A stretch of DNA of 64,000 nucleotides from a virus: positions 77,780 to 141,779 of IMG/VR virus record IMGVR_UViG_3300045988_103014; one strand, given 5' to 3'. A model generated the notes under the pieces. That model was not told the origin of the DNA, did not search any database, and worked only from the letters and a program-made list of their open reading frames with translations. Positions 27,050-37,007 of the stretch are shown one piece after another. The first letter of the stretch is position 1. Each line of letters opens with the position of its first letter. The position numbers and the translations under genes were made by a program.

Positions 27050-27801
27050 AAACTATAACCTCCTATTTTTCTTTTATAATGAACAGAGTCTAATAAATAA
27101 TCTACTCCTTCATCTTCATCATCTGACCAGGCGGATGCTATTGTATAGTTACCACCTTCATTGAATGAATTGTGAAGAGTTTTAAGTAGATGAATAAAAT
27201 CCTCTGAATTCATATCTGATATAAAAATAACATATTGTCCATCTTCGCCAGTATAGCATCTCATTGCGTTACAAATAATACGGCAACGATTAAGAACATC
27301 TATACTATCAGTTTTCAATAAAATTACTCCAAGAGATGCACCAAAGTCTCTGCGGAAATGATTGATTGCGGCCTCAAGCTGTTCAGCTTTTGCAACCTTC
27401 GAACGAGCCTCCGCGAAACTATCTTCTAATACTTTATCGTTGATTTCTTTGATTACTAAAATAACCTCATTTGTGGTCTTATAATCTTTTGGTTTATAAA
27501 ACTCAGCGCATACCCACTTATATGAGTTTGCCGCGGTTAATCTACGATAGTAGCAGTTTAATGGTGAATTCTCTTTCTTAAAATGTCTCTTTACTGCGTA
27601 GATATCAACGAAATGTAAAAAGTATGGAATATCAAGCGGGTGAACATGAGTTCCCGCATATTTCATACACCAGTTTGTGATTGCGCGGTCAAGGACTTTT
27701 TCTTCTTTTGGAAGTTTAATAACTTCAAATTCTTCTGTAACTAAGTTGATTTTTAACACTTTTGAATAAGTGTCAAGTAGAAATTGCTCTAGATTTAGCA
27801 T
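27046..27801 (-). CDS. Hypothetical protein translationally coupled to the holin, candidate lysis-associated protein
   Basis: 251 aa. SD AAGGAGG. No signal peptide or TM. No recognisable murein-hydrolase motif. Confidence 0.6.
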   Translation of the reverse strand: MLNLEQFLLDTYSKVLKINLVTEEFEVIKLPKEEKVLDRAITNWCMKYAGTHVHPLDIPYFLHFVDIYAVKRHFKKENSPLNCYYRRLTAANSYKWVCAEFYKPKDYKTTNEVILVIKEINDKVLEDSFAEARSKVAKAEQLEAAINHFRRDFGASLGVILLKTDSIDVLNRCRIICNAMRCYTGEDGQYVIFISDMNSEDFIHLLKTLHNSFNEGGNYTIASAWSDDEDEGVDYLLDSVHYKRKIGGYSL

Positions 27802-27887
27802 ATTGAAAAAGCCTCCTTTATTTGCTCTTATATTTCAATTATACTAAAATTTTTCCGAAAAATCAACTTAAAGTTACTAGAAGATTT

Positions 27888-27912
27888 GGGAGAAAGATGC
27901 AATCTTTCTCCC
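27888..27912 (-). terminator. Hairpin just downstream of the 1939-aa fibre gene (weak terminator / RNA stabiliser)
   Basis: GGGAGAAAGATGCAATCTTTCTCCC, no strong U-run on the minus strand. Confidence 0.4.
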
Positions 27913-27919
27913 TTTATGA

Positions 27920-30900
27920 TTAACGTACCTTAATCCAAATACGTCCATTAACTTTAACTGGGTCACGGTCTGCTAGTTCACCACCACCCCATTCTTCATA
28001 ATCAGGTACGCAAGAAACAGTACCAACAATGCGGTCTGGATACATTAAAACTTCTTCACGAGTCATAATGTCCACCTTGCCACCAGGAGCTGCACAAACA
28101 CAATCTCCAGGTTTATAATTATCGCGGTCTTGATATGGATAAGCAAGAACGCGTCCCGCAACTGCGATATTAGTTTTTGCTTCATCAGTCTCACCTTGAC
28201 TAAAGCCCCAAGTATCTGAAACAATACCTGCGAAGTGTTGAAGTCTTTGAGTAGTTTTTACCAAAGAATCATCTCCCACCTCAGTCATAACATAACCAGG
28301 TTCTTGAGAATCAGCTCGACGACACTCGGCATAGTCATTCCATACCGCACCAGTAACAGAGTCTCCTTGTAGCCAGAACTTACTCCATGCACTTGTTGTA
28401 CCATTGCCTTCAGCTGTGGCTGTATAGACATTGTTACGACCCCAGAAGCTAAATGCCATAAGACGCTTGTAATAAGCATCTCCTTGGCCATGGTTAAACT
28501 TAAGTACATGATACCAAGATGAGCCTGGACTATCAATATCACCCGCAGGGAATGATGTCTGAAGATATTGTAAACAATTGGATAAGCCTTTTGTGTTATT
28601 GATATTTAATACATTAGCTCCTGATGCAGTTGTCGCTGTAGCTGCATTACCAGTAATACTAATACCCCAAGTGCCACTATTATATACCAAACGTTTCCAA
28701 GCATTCCAGCCGCCTCGGTCAGAACTGCGTGTACGGAAATACATCTCATTATTCCAACCGTCTCCATAGATTTGATGTTTATATGCAGAATTCGTGGCAT
28801 AATCAAGGGTGGTAACAACTCCCCAACTTCCAGGTAAACCATGGTTGCTATAAGCAAATATCATGCCAGTAGCATCATTTACATTTTGTCCACTTCCAGA
28901 AGTCCACCATCCAGAATATCGTAAATAACGAGGGTCTGTATAGCTTGTAAAATTAGACGTATCTAAAACTCGTGTCCACGCGCGACCTTCAATATTACCT
29001 GAAGTGGTACGATACCACATTCCAGCTCCTGCTCCAACTCCTAATGCGAGCTGAGAAACCCATGATGATGTTACCCCATGATTCCAAGTTTGTGACCATG
29101 CATGTACCCATTGAGCGCCTCCCGTTGGATTATCTGTCGCAGCATAAATCATACCACAAGAAGATGCATTGTGCGCTGCCAATTGAGTAAATGTAACACC
29201 ACTACTATTACCATAATTGGCACTATTAAAAATTTTACATACATTACTAGTGCCGCTAAAATAACTTGTACCATTTACATGTAATCGATAGCTTGGTGCT
29301 GTTGTACCAAGGCCCATACCGGTAGCTGTCATAACAAGACCATTCGCGCCGTCTGAAGAATTTCGAGAAATACAGAAATTATTATCTGATTTTCTGTGAA
29401 TAGACCATGCATTGGCATTGGTGCCAGAGTCTGCGGTTGCGCCTAAGATAATTGTATTCCAAGTACCATCAGCACCTCTTAAACGGATACCTTCTCTATA
29501 GTTACCGCAAGTTGAGTTGATAATCATTTGTCCATTTGAACGAATACCATATGCGGCTCCAGTAGAAGTTCTTACATCTAGTCCATAATCATAAGTACTA
29601 TTTTTATCCATAATAATACCCCAGTCATTACTAGAGTAAGTTCTAAAATATGCCAAACCGTCATATTCATTATTGCTAGCATCGTTAATAACAACTAATT
29701 GGTCAAATTGTCCTCTTGAAGTTTTTATATTGTCTGTACCAGAAACGGTGCTACTTACATTACCAATAGGTGCAGTTGAGAAATCAATAACCCAATCTGC
29801 ATTATTCCAATATTTATATCCCCAGTTACTGAATCCAATTACCACATCTCTAATTTGAACTTGTGGATATGACCATACAGTACTTGCGCTACCAATCATA
29901 ACTGCAGATTTGTTATTTAATTCACCAAATGCAACAGTAAGATTCTGTTTATCTTGTCCATGATGACTTAAACATTCAGCGGTATAAGAATGCCAAACAC
30001 CATCATAATAATTGTATCCAGAAATGGCATAAGATACAGAAGTATTAGTAGCATAATTATAAATATCTACAATGAATTTCATCATAGTATTACTTCTATA
30101 TACTGGCAGTTGAATTCTTAAATAACCTGTAATAGAAGATGTAGTAGTTGTATAATGACCCCCACGAGGATAAGTCACAAAACCGTCCTTACCAGTTGCT
30201 TCGGCTCTCAAAGGACCATCAGCCCAAGTAAAACCACTTGAATCAATAGAAAATACATTTCTATTATTATGTCTTCTAAATACCCAACCACGATTATTTT
30301 GGTCATTCATAGTAAAATAGGTTGCCCAGTCTGCAGTAACCCAACCGTGAGTACCTAAGTTACCAGTGCCTCTAAACATAATTCCATATGATGAGGAATC
30401 GCTATATAGAGTAATACCACCATCTGTACTAGAGCCACCTCTGTTAGCATGTAACCAACGAGTAGACATTGAACTCCAGAAATAACTGCCATTACCATTA
30501 ACCCAAGCATTATTGCTTTCAGGCAATAGATTTTGAGTCCATAACTGACCGTGTATCCAGCTTTCACCATTAGCATATAATCTATATGCAACATTAGTAC
30601 CATTGATGCCGATAGAACTATTAACAGTCATGTGACCTTGAGCACTAATAGAAGCAACATTTCCAGTGCCAGTATTTCTAAATACCCATCCACGTCCAGT
30701 AGTATTTGACATGGTAAAGTATGTTGCCCAGTCCGCGGTAACACTACCATGTGTCCCCATATTACCAGTACCACGGAAGAAAATACCATAACTAGTATCT
30801 TTATTACCATATAAAGTAATACCACCATCAGTCGATGAGCCAGCAACATTAGCCATAATCCATTGTGAATAAGTGTTATTCCAATAATTAGAGCTTAATC

Positions 30901-33739
30901 CTAAATTACGATTATTATTAGTATAAGGGAATAAATTTCCATCAACTGCAATTTGTTTATTAAAGTAAAACTGTGAACAAGTAGTTTGGAAATGTGTCCA
31001 AGCACTATTTAGATTACCAACCTCTAAAACATATCCATAATTCTGAATTTTAACCGCACCAAGAATTCTCCATCTTTCATTATCATGTTGTGCAACCCAA
31101 TTACCATTGGAATCACAAGGTCCAAGGTAATTTTCATTACTAACACCATTATAACCAATGCCACCCCAATACGAACCGCTTTTGTTCCATCTTAAAGCTG
31201 GATAAACAGTAGAGTTAAGGTTAATATACATTGGACTCGTTGTATATAAACTAGTACCTGTAATACCCAAATTTACGATTGGAATAGACGTAAAATTAGC
31301 AACAGTAATATCTGCACTTGTCTCAATTTTTGTTTGAGTAAAATCATAGCCAGGAGCTGTATCATGTACGAGCATGTTAGAAATTTGTATGCCCCTATAA
31401 TGGTCTGTTCCAGCATAAACGTAGAAAATTGCAGGATTAGCAATGTCATAATAAATTTTTACTGTTGACATATTGATACCAACAGCAATACCTCTTACGT
31501 TATTTACAATCCATTTTTTATCAGTACCATTCCAAGAAAAGTAATAAGCTAATTGGATTTTTCCACTTTCACCACTACTATAAGGACCTCCAACCGTGAT
31601 GTCCATAGAAATCATAAACCATGCATTACTACCACTAGAAAATCCATTGTAAGGCAAAGTAACCTTATAGAATTTACTACCAGCAGCAGAACCTATCCAA
31701 GGATAACTACGATTGCTTTGACGAATTGCAGTACCAAGATTGATATTTCTCCATCTTAATGATGTTGTTCCTAGGTCATAGATATTATCTACATTAGAAC
31801 GCACGTGAGACTGTACGATTTCTAATGTACCTTGTGTCTGCGCACTATTGGCAGCAAACACGCTCTTATCTGCGATTCCTAAACTAACTGTCTTAGAACT
31901 TGCAGTATATTTTAAACCAGCCCATTTATCATAATCCCAATTATCTGCACCAAAACGGATTGAAGTATTATTTTGAAAAATAACTTCTCCTCCGATGGCA
32001 TTAACATAAGTGGAACCAATTAAAATACCTTTATGACTAACGCCATATGAGGTTGTAATTAAATCGTTAAAATAACTTGTACCATTAACAAAGAACTGAT
32101 AACCAACATTTTCTCCGTTAACACCAAGCTTATTAGAAATTCTCCAGTTACCATAAGTATCTGAACGTAACATACCAGTAGTCGAAGAATTGCTGCCACT
32201 GTGAGTAATATAAAAATTACCATCATTATTACTTATATGCCAAGATTTTGCATTATATCCTGAATCTCCAACCGCACCCATAACAATCATTGACCAGTTA
32301 TCTGGGGCGAATCCAATTCTTAAACCCTGTCTTGCATTGTCACTCGTAGGCTTAATTCTAACACAACCATTAAAAGTTTTATCGCCGCTTAATTCTTGGA
32401 TTGTATCTTTAGCTCCTGCAGTAATGACACCAGCATTAGTAGTACTAGCAACAGGCATGTTGATTGAAACTGTATTACCATTACCAATGGTATATTTTAA
32501 TTGCGGTTGAGTCGCATGATTTACATATTCAATGGCTTTAATATATGTTGAATAAATAGTTTGTCCCGCGCTATCTTGAGTCGCTTTTGTTGCAGTTGAT
32601 GCATTACCATCAAGTGCGGCAACGATATGACCATTTTCTAAAAATTTAATCTGTGCGGTTGCGCTATTAGCACCAGCATTATAGTTCGCATCAGTGCAAT
32701 ATGAAAATATTAAATCATCTGTATAAGAAGCGTGGTCATAGGCTCCTATATCCCACGAACCATTAGTTGTTTTTATTGAAATCGCAGGAGAATATCCATG
32801 AATAGAAGTCATTCGTACCAACGCTGAAGTACGGCCGTTAATCCATGAGGTGCTAACTCCATCTTTAATTAACTGTCCCGTAAAAGTCTTATTGCCAGCA
32901 ATAGTCTGTGCGCCTGTGGTAATTAAACCTGCGGTCGTTGTACTTGCATTCGGAATTGTAATCAAATCGCCGGCATCACTACCATTACCGTATTTACCTC
33001 TAAAAGTAAATTGTGTTCCATTAGAAGTAATCTGCTTAATCTCGTGAATATAAGTGGCACGAATAGAAGTTGTATCGCCTTTTGCTTTATCTGCGTAGTT
33101 TGCATTTTCAATAGTACCATCTGTAAAAGCAATTTGTTTCCAGGGTTTTGCAGTATCAATTACTGCATTACTAAAACTACGATAATAAATATTTCCATTA
33201 GAAGAAAAACCTAATTGAGAATCATAATTACCACTATATCTACTAATTTGTAAAATGCCATTTGAATTATCTGTTGCTGGCATATTACCTGTAGCATCAG
33301 AATATGTATTATAATAATACTTAATTTTTCCTGCGCCCGGGTCGTCAGTTGGTAAAGTTTGTACTTGCGCACCGTTTATCAAGTCTGCACTTAATGCAGA
33401 GCCGCCACAACTTCCAGAAGCCGCAAAATGTAAATCAACATCATTAGATGAACCATTACCTTTGGTTACTGTAAATACATAATGATTTGTTGTTTTATCA
33501 TCATTTTGTTTTTTTGCTACGGCAGCAACATATTTTGAACGAATCGTTTCATTTGTCGCATCACCGTCAGCTCGTGTAGCCACATCAGCTTTATCTGCGT
33601 GCGCGCCGATGCGGACACGCTTTGATGCCGAAACATCGACATACATGTTACCCTCGTCAGTGGTAACATATGCCCAACCCTCCGTTTTAGTAGCCGGAAG
33701 GTTTTTTTCTTGACCTTTCAATATTTTGAATAAAGCCAT
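27920..33739 (-). CDS. Giant tail fibre / receptor-binding protein with HylP-like N-terminal anchor and internal repeats
   Basis: 1939 aa from the ATG at 33739 (SD GAGGT 7 nt upstream). The ORF-track GTG is at 33754. N-terminus MALFKILKGQEKNLPATKTEGWAYVTTDEGNMYVDV. Repeated A-S-T-T-x-A-G-(L/V)-I-T motifs. Gly/Ser/Thr/Asn/Trp/Tyr-rich. Confidence 0.7.
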   Translation of the reverse strand: MALFKILKGQEKNLPATKTEGWAYVTTDEGNMYVDVSASKRVRIGAHADKADVATRADGDATNETIRSKYVAAVAKKQNDDKTTNHYVFTVTKGNGSSNDVDLHFAASGSCGGSALSADLINGAQVQTLPTDDPGAGKIKYYYNTYSDATGNMPATDNSNGILQISRYSGNYDSQLGFSSNGNIYYRSFSNAVIDTAKPWKQIAFTDGTIENANYADKAKGDTTSIRATYIHEIKQITSNGTQFTFRGKYGNGSDAGDLITIPNASTTTAGLITTGAQTIAGNKTFTGQLIKDGVSTSWINGRTSALVRMTSIHGYSPAISIKTTNGSWDIGAYDHASYTDDLIFSYCTDANYNAGANSATAQIKFLENGHIVAALDGNASTATKATQDSAGQTIYSTYIKAIEYVNHATQPQLKYTIGNGNTVSINMPVASTTNAGVITAGAKDTIQELSGDKTFNGCVRIKPTSDNARQGLRIGFAPDNWSMIVMGAVGDSGYNAKSWHISNNDGNFYITHSGSNSSTTGMLRSDTYGNWRISNKLGVNGENVGYQFFVNGTSYFNDLITTSYGVSHKGILIGSTYVNAIGGEVIFQNNTSIRFGADNWDYDKWAGLKYTASSKTVSLGIADKSVFAANSAQTQGTLEIVQSHVRSNVDNIYDLGTTSLRWRNINLGTAIRQSNRSYPWIGSAAGSKFYKVTLPYNGFSSGSNAWFMISMDITVGGPYSSGESGKIQLAYYFSWNGTDKKWIVNNVRGIAVGINMSTVKIYYDIANPAIFYVYAGTDHYRGIQISNMLVHDTAPGYDFTQTKIETSADITVANFTSIPIVNLGITGTSLYTTSPMYINLNSTVYPALRWNKSGSYWGGIGYNGVSNENYLGPCDSNGNWVAQHDNERWRILGAVKIQNYGYVLEVGNLNSAWTHFQTTCSQFYFNKQIAVDGNLFPYTNNNRNLGLSSNYWNNTYSQWIMANVAGSSTDGGITLYGNKDTSYGIFFRGTGNMGTHGSVTADWATYFTMSNTTGRGWVFRNTGTGNVASISAQGHMTVNSSIGINGTNVAYRLYANGESWIHGQLWTQNLLPESNNAWVNGNGSYFWSSMSTRWLHANRGGSSTDGGITLYSDSSSYGIMFRGTGNLGTHGWVTADWATYFTMNDQNNRGWVFRRHNNRNVFSIDSSGFTWADGPLRAEATGKDGFVTYPRGGHYTTTTSSITGYLRIQLPVYRSNTMMKFIVDIYNYATNTSVSYAISGYNYYDGVWHSYTAECLSHHGQDKQNLTVAFGELNNKSAVMIGSASTVWSYPQVQIRDVVIGFSNWGYKYWNNADWVIDFSTAPIGNVSSTVSGTDNIKTSRGQFDQLVVINDASNNEYDGLAYFRTYSSNDWGIIMDKNSTYDYGLDVRTSTGAAYGIRSNGQMIINSTCGNYREGIRLRGADGTWNTIILGATADSGTNANAWSIHRKSDNNFCISRNSSDGANGLVMTATGMGLGTTAPSYRLHVNGTSYFSGTSNVCKIFNSANYGNSSGVTFTQLAAHNASSCGMIYAATDNPTGGAQWVHAWSQTWNHGVTSSWVSQLALGVGAGAGMWYRTTSGNIEGRAWTRVLDTSNFTSYTDPRYLRYSGWWTSGSGQNVNDATGMIFAYSNHGLPGSWGVVTTLDYATNSAYKHQIYGDGWNNEMYFRTRSSDRGGWNAWKRLVYNSGTWGISITGNAATATTASGANVLNINNTKGLSNCLQYLQTSFPAGDIDSPGSSWYHVLKFNHGQGDAYYKRLMAFSFWGRNNVYTATAEGNGTTSAWSKFWLQGDSVTGAVWNDYAECRRADSQEPGYVMTEVGDDSLVKTTQRLQHFAGIVSDTWGFSQGETDEAKTNIAVAGRVLAYPYQDRDNYKPGDCVCAAPGGKVDIMTREEVLMYPDRIVGTVSCVPDYEEWGGGELADRDPVKVNGRIWIKVR
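30200..31000 (-). repeat. Two tandem copies of an approx. 130-aa protein repeat inside the 1939-aa fibre gene
   Basis: GSSTDGGITLY(G/S)...G(I/M)(F/M)FRGTGN(M/L)GTHG(S/W)VTADWATYFTM...RGWVFR occurs twice about 134 aa apart. The DNA copies have diverged. Confidence 0.6.
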
Positions 33740-33860
33740 ATTTTTTAACCTCACTCTCTAAGCTTTTGGTTATACACCACTCGGCTTTAAAATTTTTTGT
33801 TTTTAATCTCTTATATATATAGATTTTACTATTAGTTTTTTAACATATCTTGGCCAATAA

Positions 33861-33898
33861 ACAAAAATAAGGGGGAGATGCTAAATTGCATCTCCCCC
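33861..33898 (-). terminator. Rho-independent terminator after the 236-aa gene
   Basis: GGGGGAGATGCTAAATTGCATCTCCCCC followed by a U-run (TTATTTTTGT) on the minus strand. Confidence 0.75.
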
Positions 33899-33906
33899 AT
33901 GGGTTT

Positions 33907-34617
33907 TTATACTTCGTACCAATAAACCTGAAACTCTCTTTCAATAGCTGCTAATCTATCGTAGATTGCATCTAAGGTGTCTGATTCGTACGCATATTTA
34001 TCACTTAAAGCGTAATAAGACTCACGAATGTCAAAGTCCAATTCGCTCTTTACGAAATTTCCTTCTGAATTCTTAACATAGTATACACCAGGCTGATATA
34101 ACTCAGGAGTAAGCTCAACTCGATAATAATCAAGAACATTCATACCGTTTAAGACGGTACTTGTAGAGGAAAGGGTATTAAGATTATAAACGAGTTTCTT
34201 ACCTGTTACATCGGTTTTGAAGAAACGAATTGAGTAGGTGACTTCACCTGCGGCCTTCGTTGCCTCACCCTCAATGCACCAAGGAATAATCATCTTGTTC
34301 TCTTCTCTGAATGTAACAACATCATAATAAGGAACAACATAAAAACGACCTTCTTGTGCGGCATTGATGTACTGGATTACACAGCACGTTTCAGCCAAAT
34401 CTTGGTTATCAAAATATCTATCAACGATGAAGAACACCGTTTCTGAGTTGTGGTCGAAACGCACACTCAGAAACTCTGGTGCTTCAATCGTTCTAGAATT
34501 CAAATCTATGTTATAGATACTCTCAGACTTAGGGAGTAAAGCAGCTAACTGTGGTACGTTTCCGCCATCAGTTAAAGCGAACAGATTGGCGAAAAATTCT
34601 TCACTTGAAGTAACCAT
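33907..34617 (-). CDS. Tail fibre / baseplate-associated protein, paralogous to the N-terminal domain of the upstream 675-aa protein
   Basis: 236 aa. SD AAGGAG 9 nt before the ATG. Shares the FIVDR(F/Y)(Y/F)D...KMII.W...AG...RFF domain with the gene at 34644-36671. Confidence 0.55.
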   Translation of the reverse strand: MVTSSEEFFANLFALTDGGNVPQLAALLPKSESIYNIDLNSRTIEAPEFLSVRFDHNSETVFFIVDRYFDNQDLAETCCVIQYINAAQEGRFYVVPYYDVVTFREENKMIIPWCIEGEATKAAGEVTYSIRFFKTDVTGKKLVYNLNTLSSTSTVLNGMNVLDYYRVELTPELYQPGVYYVKNSEGNFVKSELDFDIRESYYALSDKYAYESDTLDAIYDRLAAIEREFQVYWYEV

Positions 34618-34643
34618 ATACTTTTACTCCTTTCTAACAAAGA

Positions 34644-36671
34644 TTATACTACGTAGAAGATTTCACTAACAACTGAATCAGTTGTTTCATTCTTATGGTT
34701 AGTTAACTGACAGTAATACTTACCAGTCTTGGTAGGAACGAATGTTGACTTAGTCTCTCCTTCAAGAGCTGTATCACCTTCAATGACAGCAATATCATCA
34801 GTAGTTTGATACCACTGATAAGTTACTTCATCACTAATGTTCCAAGTATTCTTCCAGTTCTCCTCTAAAGTAACATGAATCTGAGTTGTCAAGGCAGTTC
34901 CATTAGAGAAGTCGACCTTGGTTTCGTCAGTGTCTTTATGAGGATACTCGATAACTGGCTTAACAGCTGCGTAAGATACGCGGCACTCTGAACTACCAGT
35001 CTTAACATACTTAAGGTTCTTATGATTGTAAACAACAACCATATACTTACCTTCAACTCCCTTAGGAGCTGCCATAAGTTCAGCTGTATTAGTAAGAGTT
35101 AATGAAGCCTCTCCAGCTCCCTCAATTCTAATCCAATCAGCATCCTCAATAGTATGCTCTACACCATCTTCATCAAGTTCATAATTAACTTTATTACCAG
35201 TAGACTCGTTACCAGTAGTAGGGTCAATTGCTCTCTTGTACCAAACGTAGATAAGCTCACCCTCTTTGGTTCCGTTTGCCTCTGGGTTTGAAACTTCAAC
35301 AGAAAGAGTTACTGAAGAAGCATTTGTGTCCTCTGTTACTACGTTAATTCCTAAGATTTCTCTTGGAGTTAAGTTAATATCAATAGTAGCAGGAGTAGGC
35401 ATTGGAATGATACAGATAACTGACTTCTGTTCTGCCATATTCTTACCACTTAAACGGTTTACTGCAACTGCATTGTAAGAACCAACGCGAGTGGCGACAC
35501 AAAGAGCAACTCTCTCATAGAATGTTGCCTGTCCAGCTGCGTAGTCATCTTCTGGAAGAGGTTCAGCATTAAAATACTCTTCGCCCTCTGCAGTAGTCTT
35601 TTTCTTATAAAGAACCTTCTTAGACTCTCTTAAAGCTCCGATGTGGTCAGCATCAGTGTTAACTTCTCTAAACTCAGTTCTTACTAATGCTCCAGTAGGG
35701 TCATCAGCACCACCAAGGTTAGGAGTCTGCTCATTTCCGTTATGGTCAACGAATCTCCAGTAGTAAGAAATGATACCACCATCGTTTGAACGAGCCTGTA
35801 CTTCGAGAGGATAAATCTCTGTGTTGTTTGGTAACTCGGTCTTGTAAAGCTTGTTCTCGATAAGGTCCTTATACTCGATAAGGTTTGTAATGTAAGTAGG
35901 TCTTTCTGCCTTTGCAACACCTGCAAGAGTAGTCTGGCTATTTACAATACGATTAGTTACAGCCTCATTGATTTCATCCTCAATCATGTATTTACCATTA
36001 CCAAAGATAAAGTCTAATGAAGACTTGATAGTTGCGGTCTGTGTTAAAGTAGACCAGCTATACTTAATTGTGCTTAAGTTCTTGTCGTCCCATTGGAAGA
36101 AACGAAGCGCAAATCTTAAAGTACCAGCGTACTTTGTAATATCGCTAGAAAGTGCCCAACCGATAATCATCTTATTTGGCTGACTCTCAATATCAACTAC
36201 CCAAGGAGTAGAAACACCAGATTCATTATTTGCGTTTGTCCACTGAATGTAGATGTCGCAAGTATCTAAGTCTGTGATATCATAGAAACGGTCAACGATG
36301 AAGTAAACGATTTCAGCGTACTTGTCACCCTGTACAGCAAAACCATTAGCCTGGAATGATGCAGGCATTGTAATTGCACGAGAATTACCATCTACACGAA
36401 GCACATCTTCATCAAGAGGAAGCATGGTATATCTACGTCCCTGAGAACGAAGCATATCATATGACTTTTCAGATGCGCCAAGCTGAATTAAATCTGGCAA
36501 ATATGAGAAATACTGCTCAATGGTTGTAATAGGGTCTTCAGCGATTAGAAGTCCTGTGTCGTCCTTTTCGCCTGTGCTCTGCAATACGCCCTCTTTAATA
36601 AGAGCCTGTGTAGCACTAGAGAACAATACAGAATACTTATCAGCGTTGGAACTATTTACATAAGTAATCAT
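34644..36671 (-). CDS. Tail fibre / receptor-binding-like protein with C-terminal Ig-like repeats
   Basis: 675 aa. N-terminal domain paralogous to the 236-aa protein. C-terminal beta-rich T/Y/W-rich repeats. Confidence 0.55.
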   Translation of the reverse strand: MITYVNSSNADKYSVLFSSATQALIKEGVLQSTGEKDDTGLLIAEDPITTIEQYFSYLPDLIQLGASEKSYDMLRSQGRRYTMLPLDEDVLRVDGNSRAITMPASFQANGFAVQGDKYAEIVYFIVDRFYDITDLDTCDIYIQWTNANNESGVSTPWVVDIESQPNKMIIGWALSSDITKYAGTLRFALRFFQWDDKNLSTIKYSWSTLTQTATIKSSLDFIFGNGKYMIEDEINEAVTNRIVNSQTTLAGVAKAERPTYITNLIEYKDLIENKLYKTELPNNTEIYPLEVQARSNDGGIISYYWRFVDHNGNEQTPNLGGADDPTGALVRTEFREVNTDADHIGALRESKKVLYKKKTTAEGEEYFNAEPLPEDDYAAGQATFYERVALCVATRVGSYNAVAVNRLSGKNMAEQKSVICIIPMPTPATIDINLTPREILGINVVTEDTNASSVTLSVEVSNPEANGTKEGELIYVWYKRAIDPTTGNESTGNKVNYELDEDGVEHTIEDADWIRIEGAGEASLTLTNTAELMAAPKGVEGKYMVVVYNHKNLKYVKTGSSECRVSYAAVKPVIEYPHKDTDETKVDFSNGTALTTQIHVTLEENWKNTWNISDEVTYQWYQTTDDIAVIEGDTALEGETKSTFVPTKTGKYYCQLTNHKNETTDSVVSEIFYVV

Positions 36672-36704
36672 ATTCTTATATCCCTATCCTTTCTTAAATT
36701 TTAT

Positions 36705-36737
36705 GGGGAAGGGAAAAGACCCTTCCCCGGATTTTTT
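36705..36737 (+). terminator. Hairpin with T-run oriented for the plus strand, lying between two minus-strand genes
   Basis: GGGGAAGGGAAAAGACCCTTCCCC followed by GGATTTTTT. Confidence 0.4.
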
Positions 36738-36791
36738 CTCTTCACAGAGATTTGAAAAACTAACGTGTATTTATAATCAATCTTGGCCTAA

Positions 36792-36989
36792 TTAGATTTC
36801 TCTCCAGTTCGCTACTTCACTCTCTGATACAATAACTGCGTCTTCAACTACAGTTTTACCATCGGTGAGTTTCTTACCAATTGCCGGTTTAACGCGAACT
36901 TTTACCATGGCAGGTACACCCTCCAAATGAATTGGAGTGGTGACCGTACCATTAGTGCCAAGATAAGTATATAACTTTTCAGCAGTCAT
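36792..36989 (-). CDS. Small beta-rich protein, hypothetical (tail-associated)
   Basis: 65 aa. SD GGAGG 6 nt before the ATG. Immediately downstream of the 2475-aa gene. Confidence 0.45.
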   Translation of the reverse strand: MTAEKLYTYLGTNGTVTTPIHLEGVPAMVKVRVKPAIGKKLTDGKTVVEDAVIVSESEVANWREI

Positions 36990-37007
36990 AACTTACCTCC
37001 TTATATT

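Noticed and set aside
27046-27801. Degenerate GGDEF-like (nucleotide cyclase) resemblance in the 251-aa protein next to the holin (…DSIDVLNRCRIICNAMRCYTGEDGQYVIF…)
   Set aside because: It is only a loose pattern similarity. The GG(D/E)EF signature itself is absent and I cannot support it without a profile search.
36755-36785. Plus-strand TTGAAA ... TATAAT promoter-like sequence between minus-strand genes
   Set aside because: The spacer is only 14 nt and the orientation would produce antisense RNA. It is most likely fortuitous.
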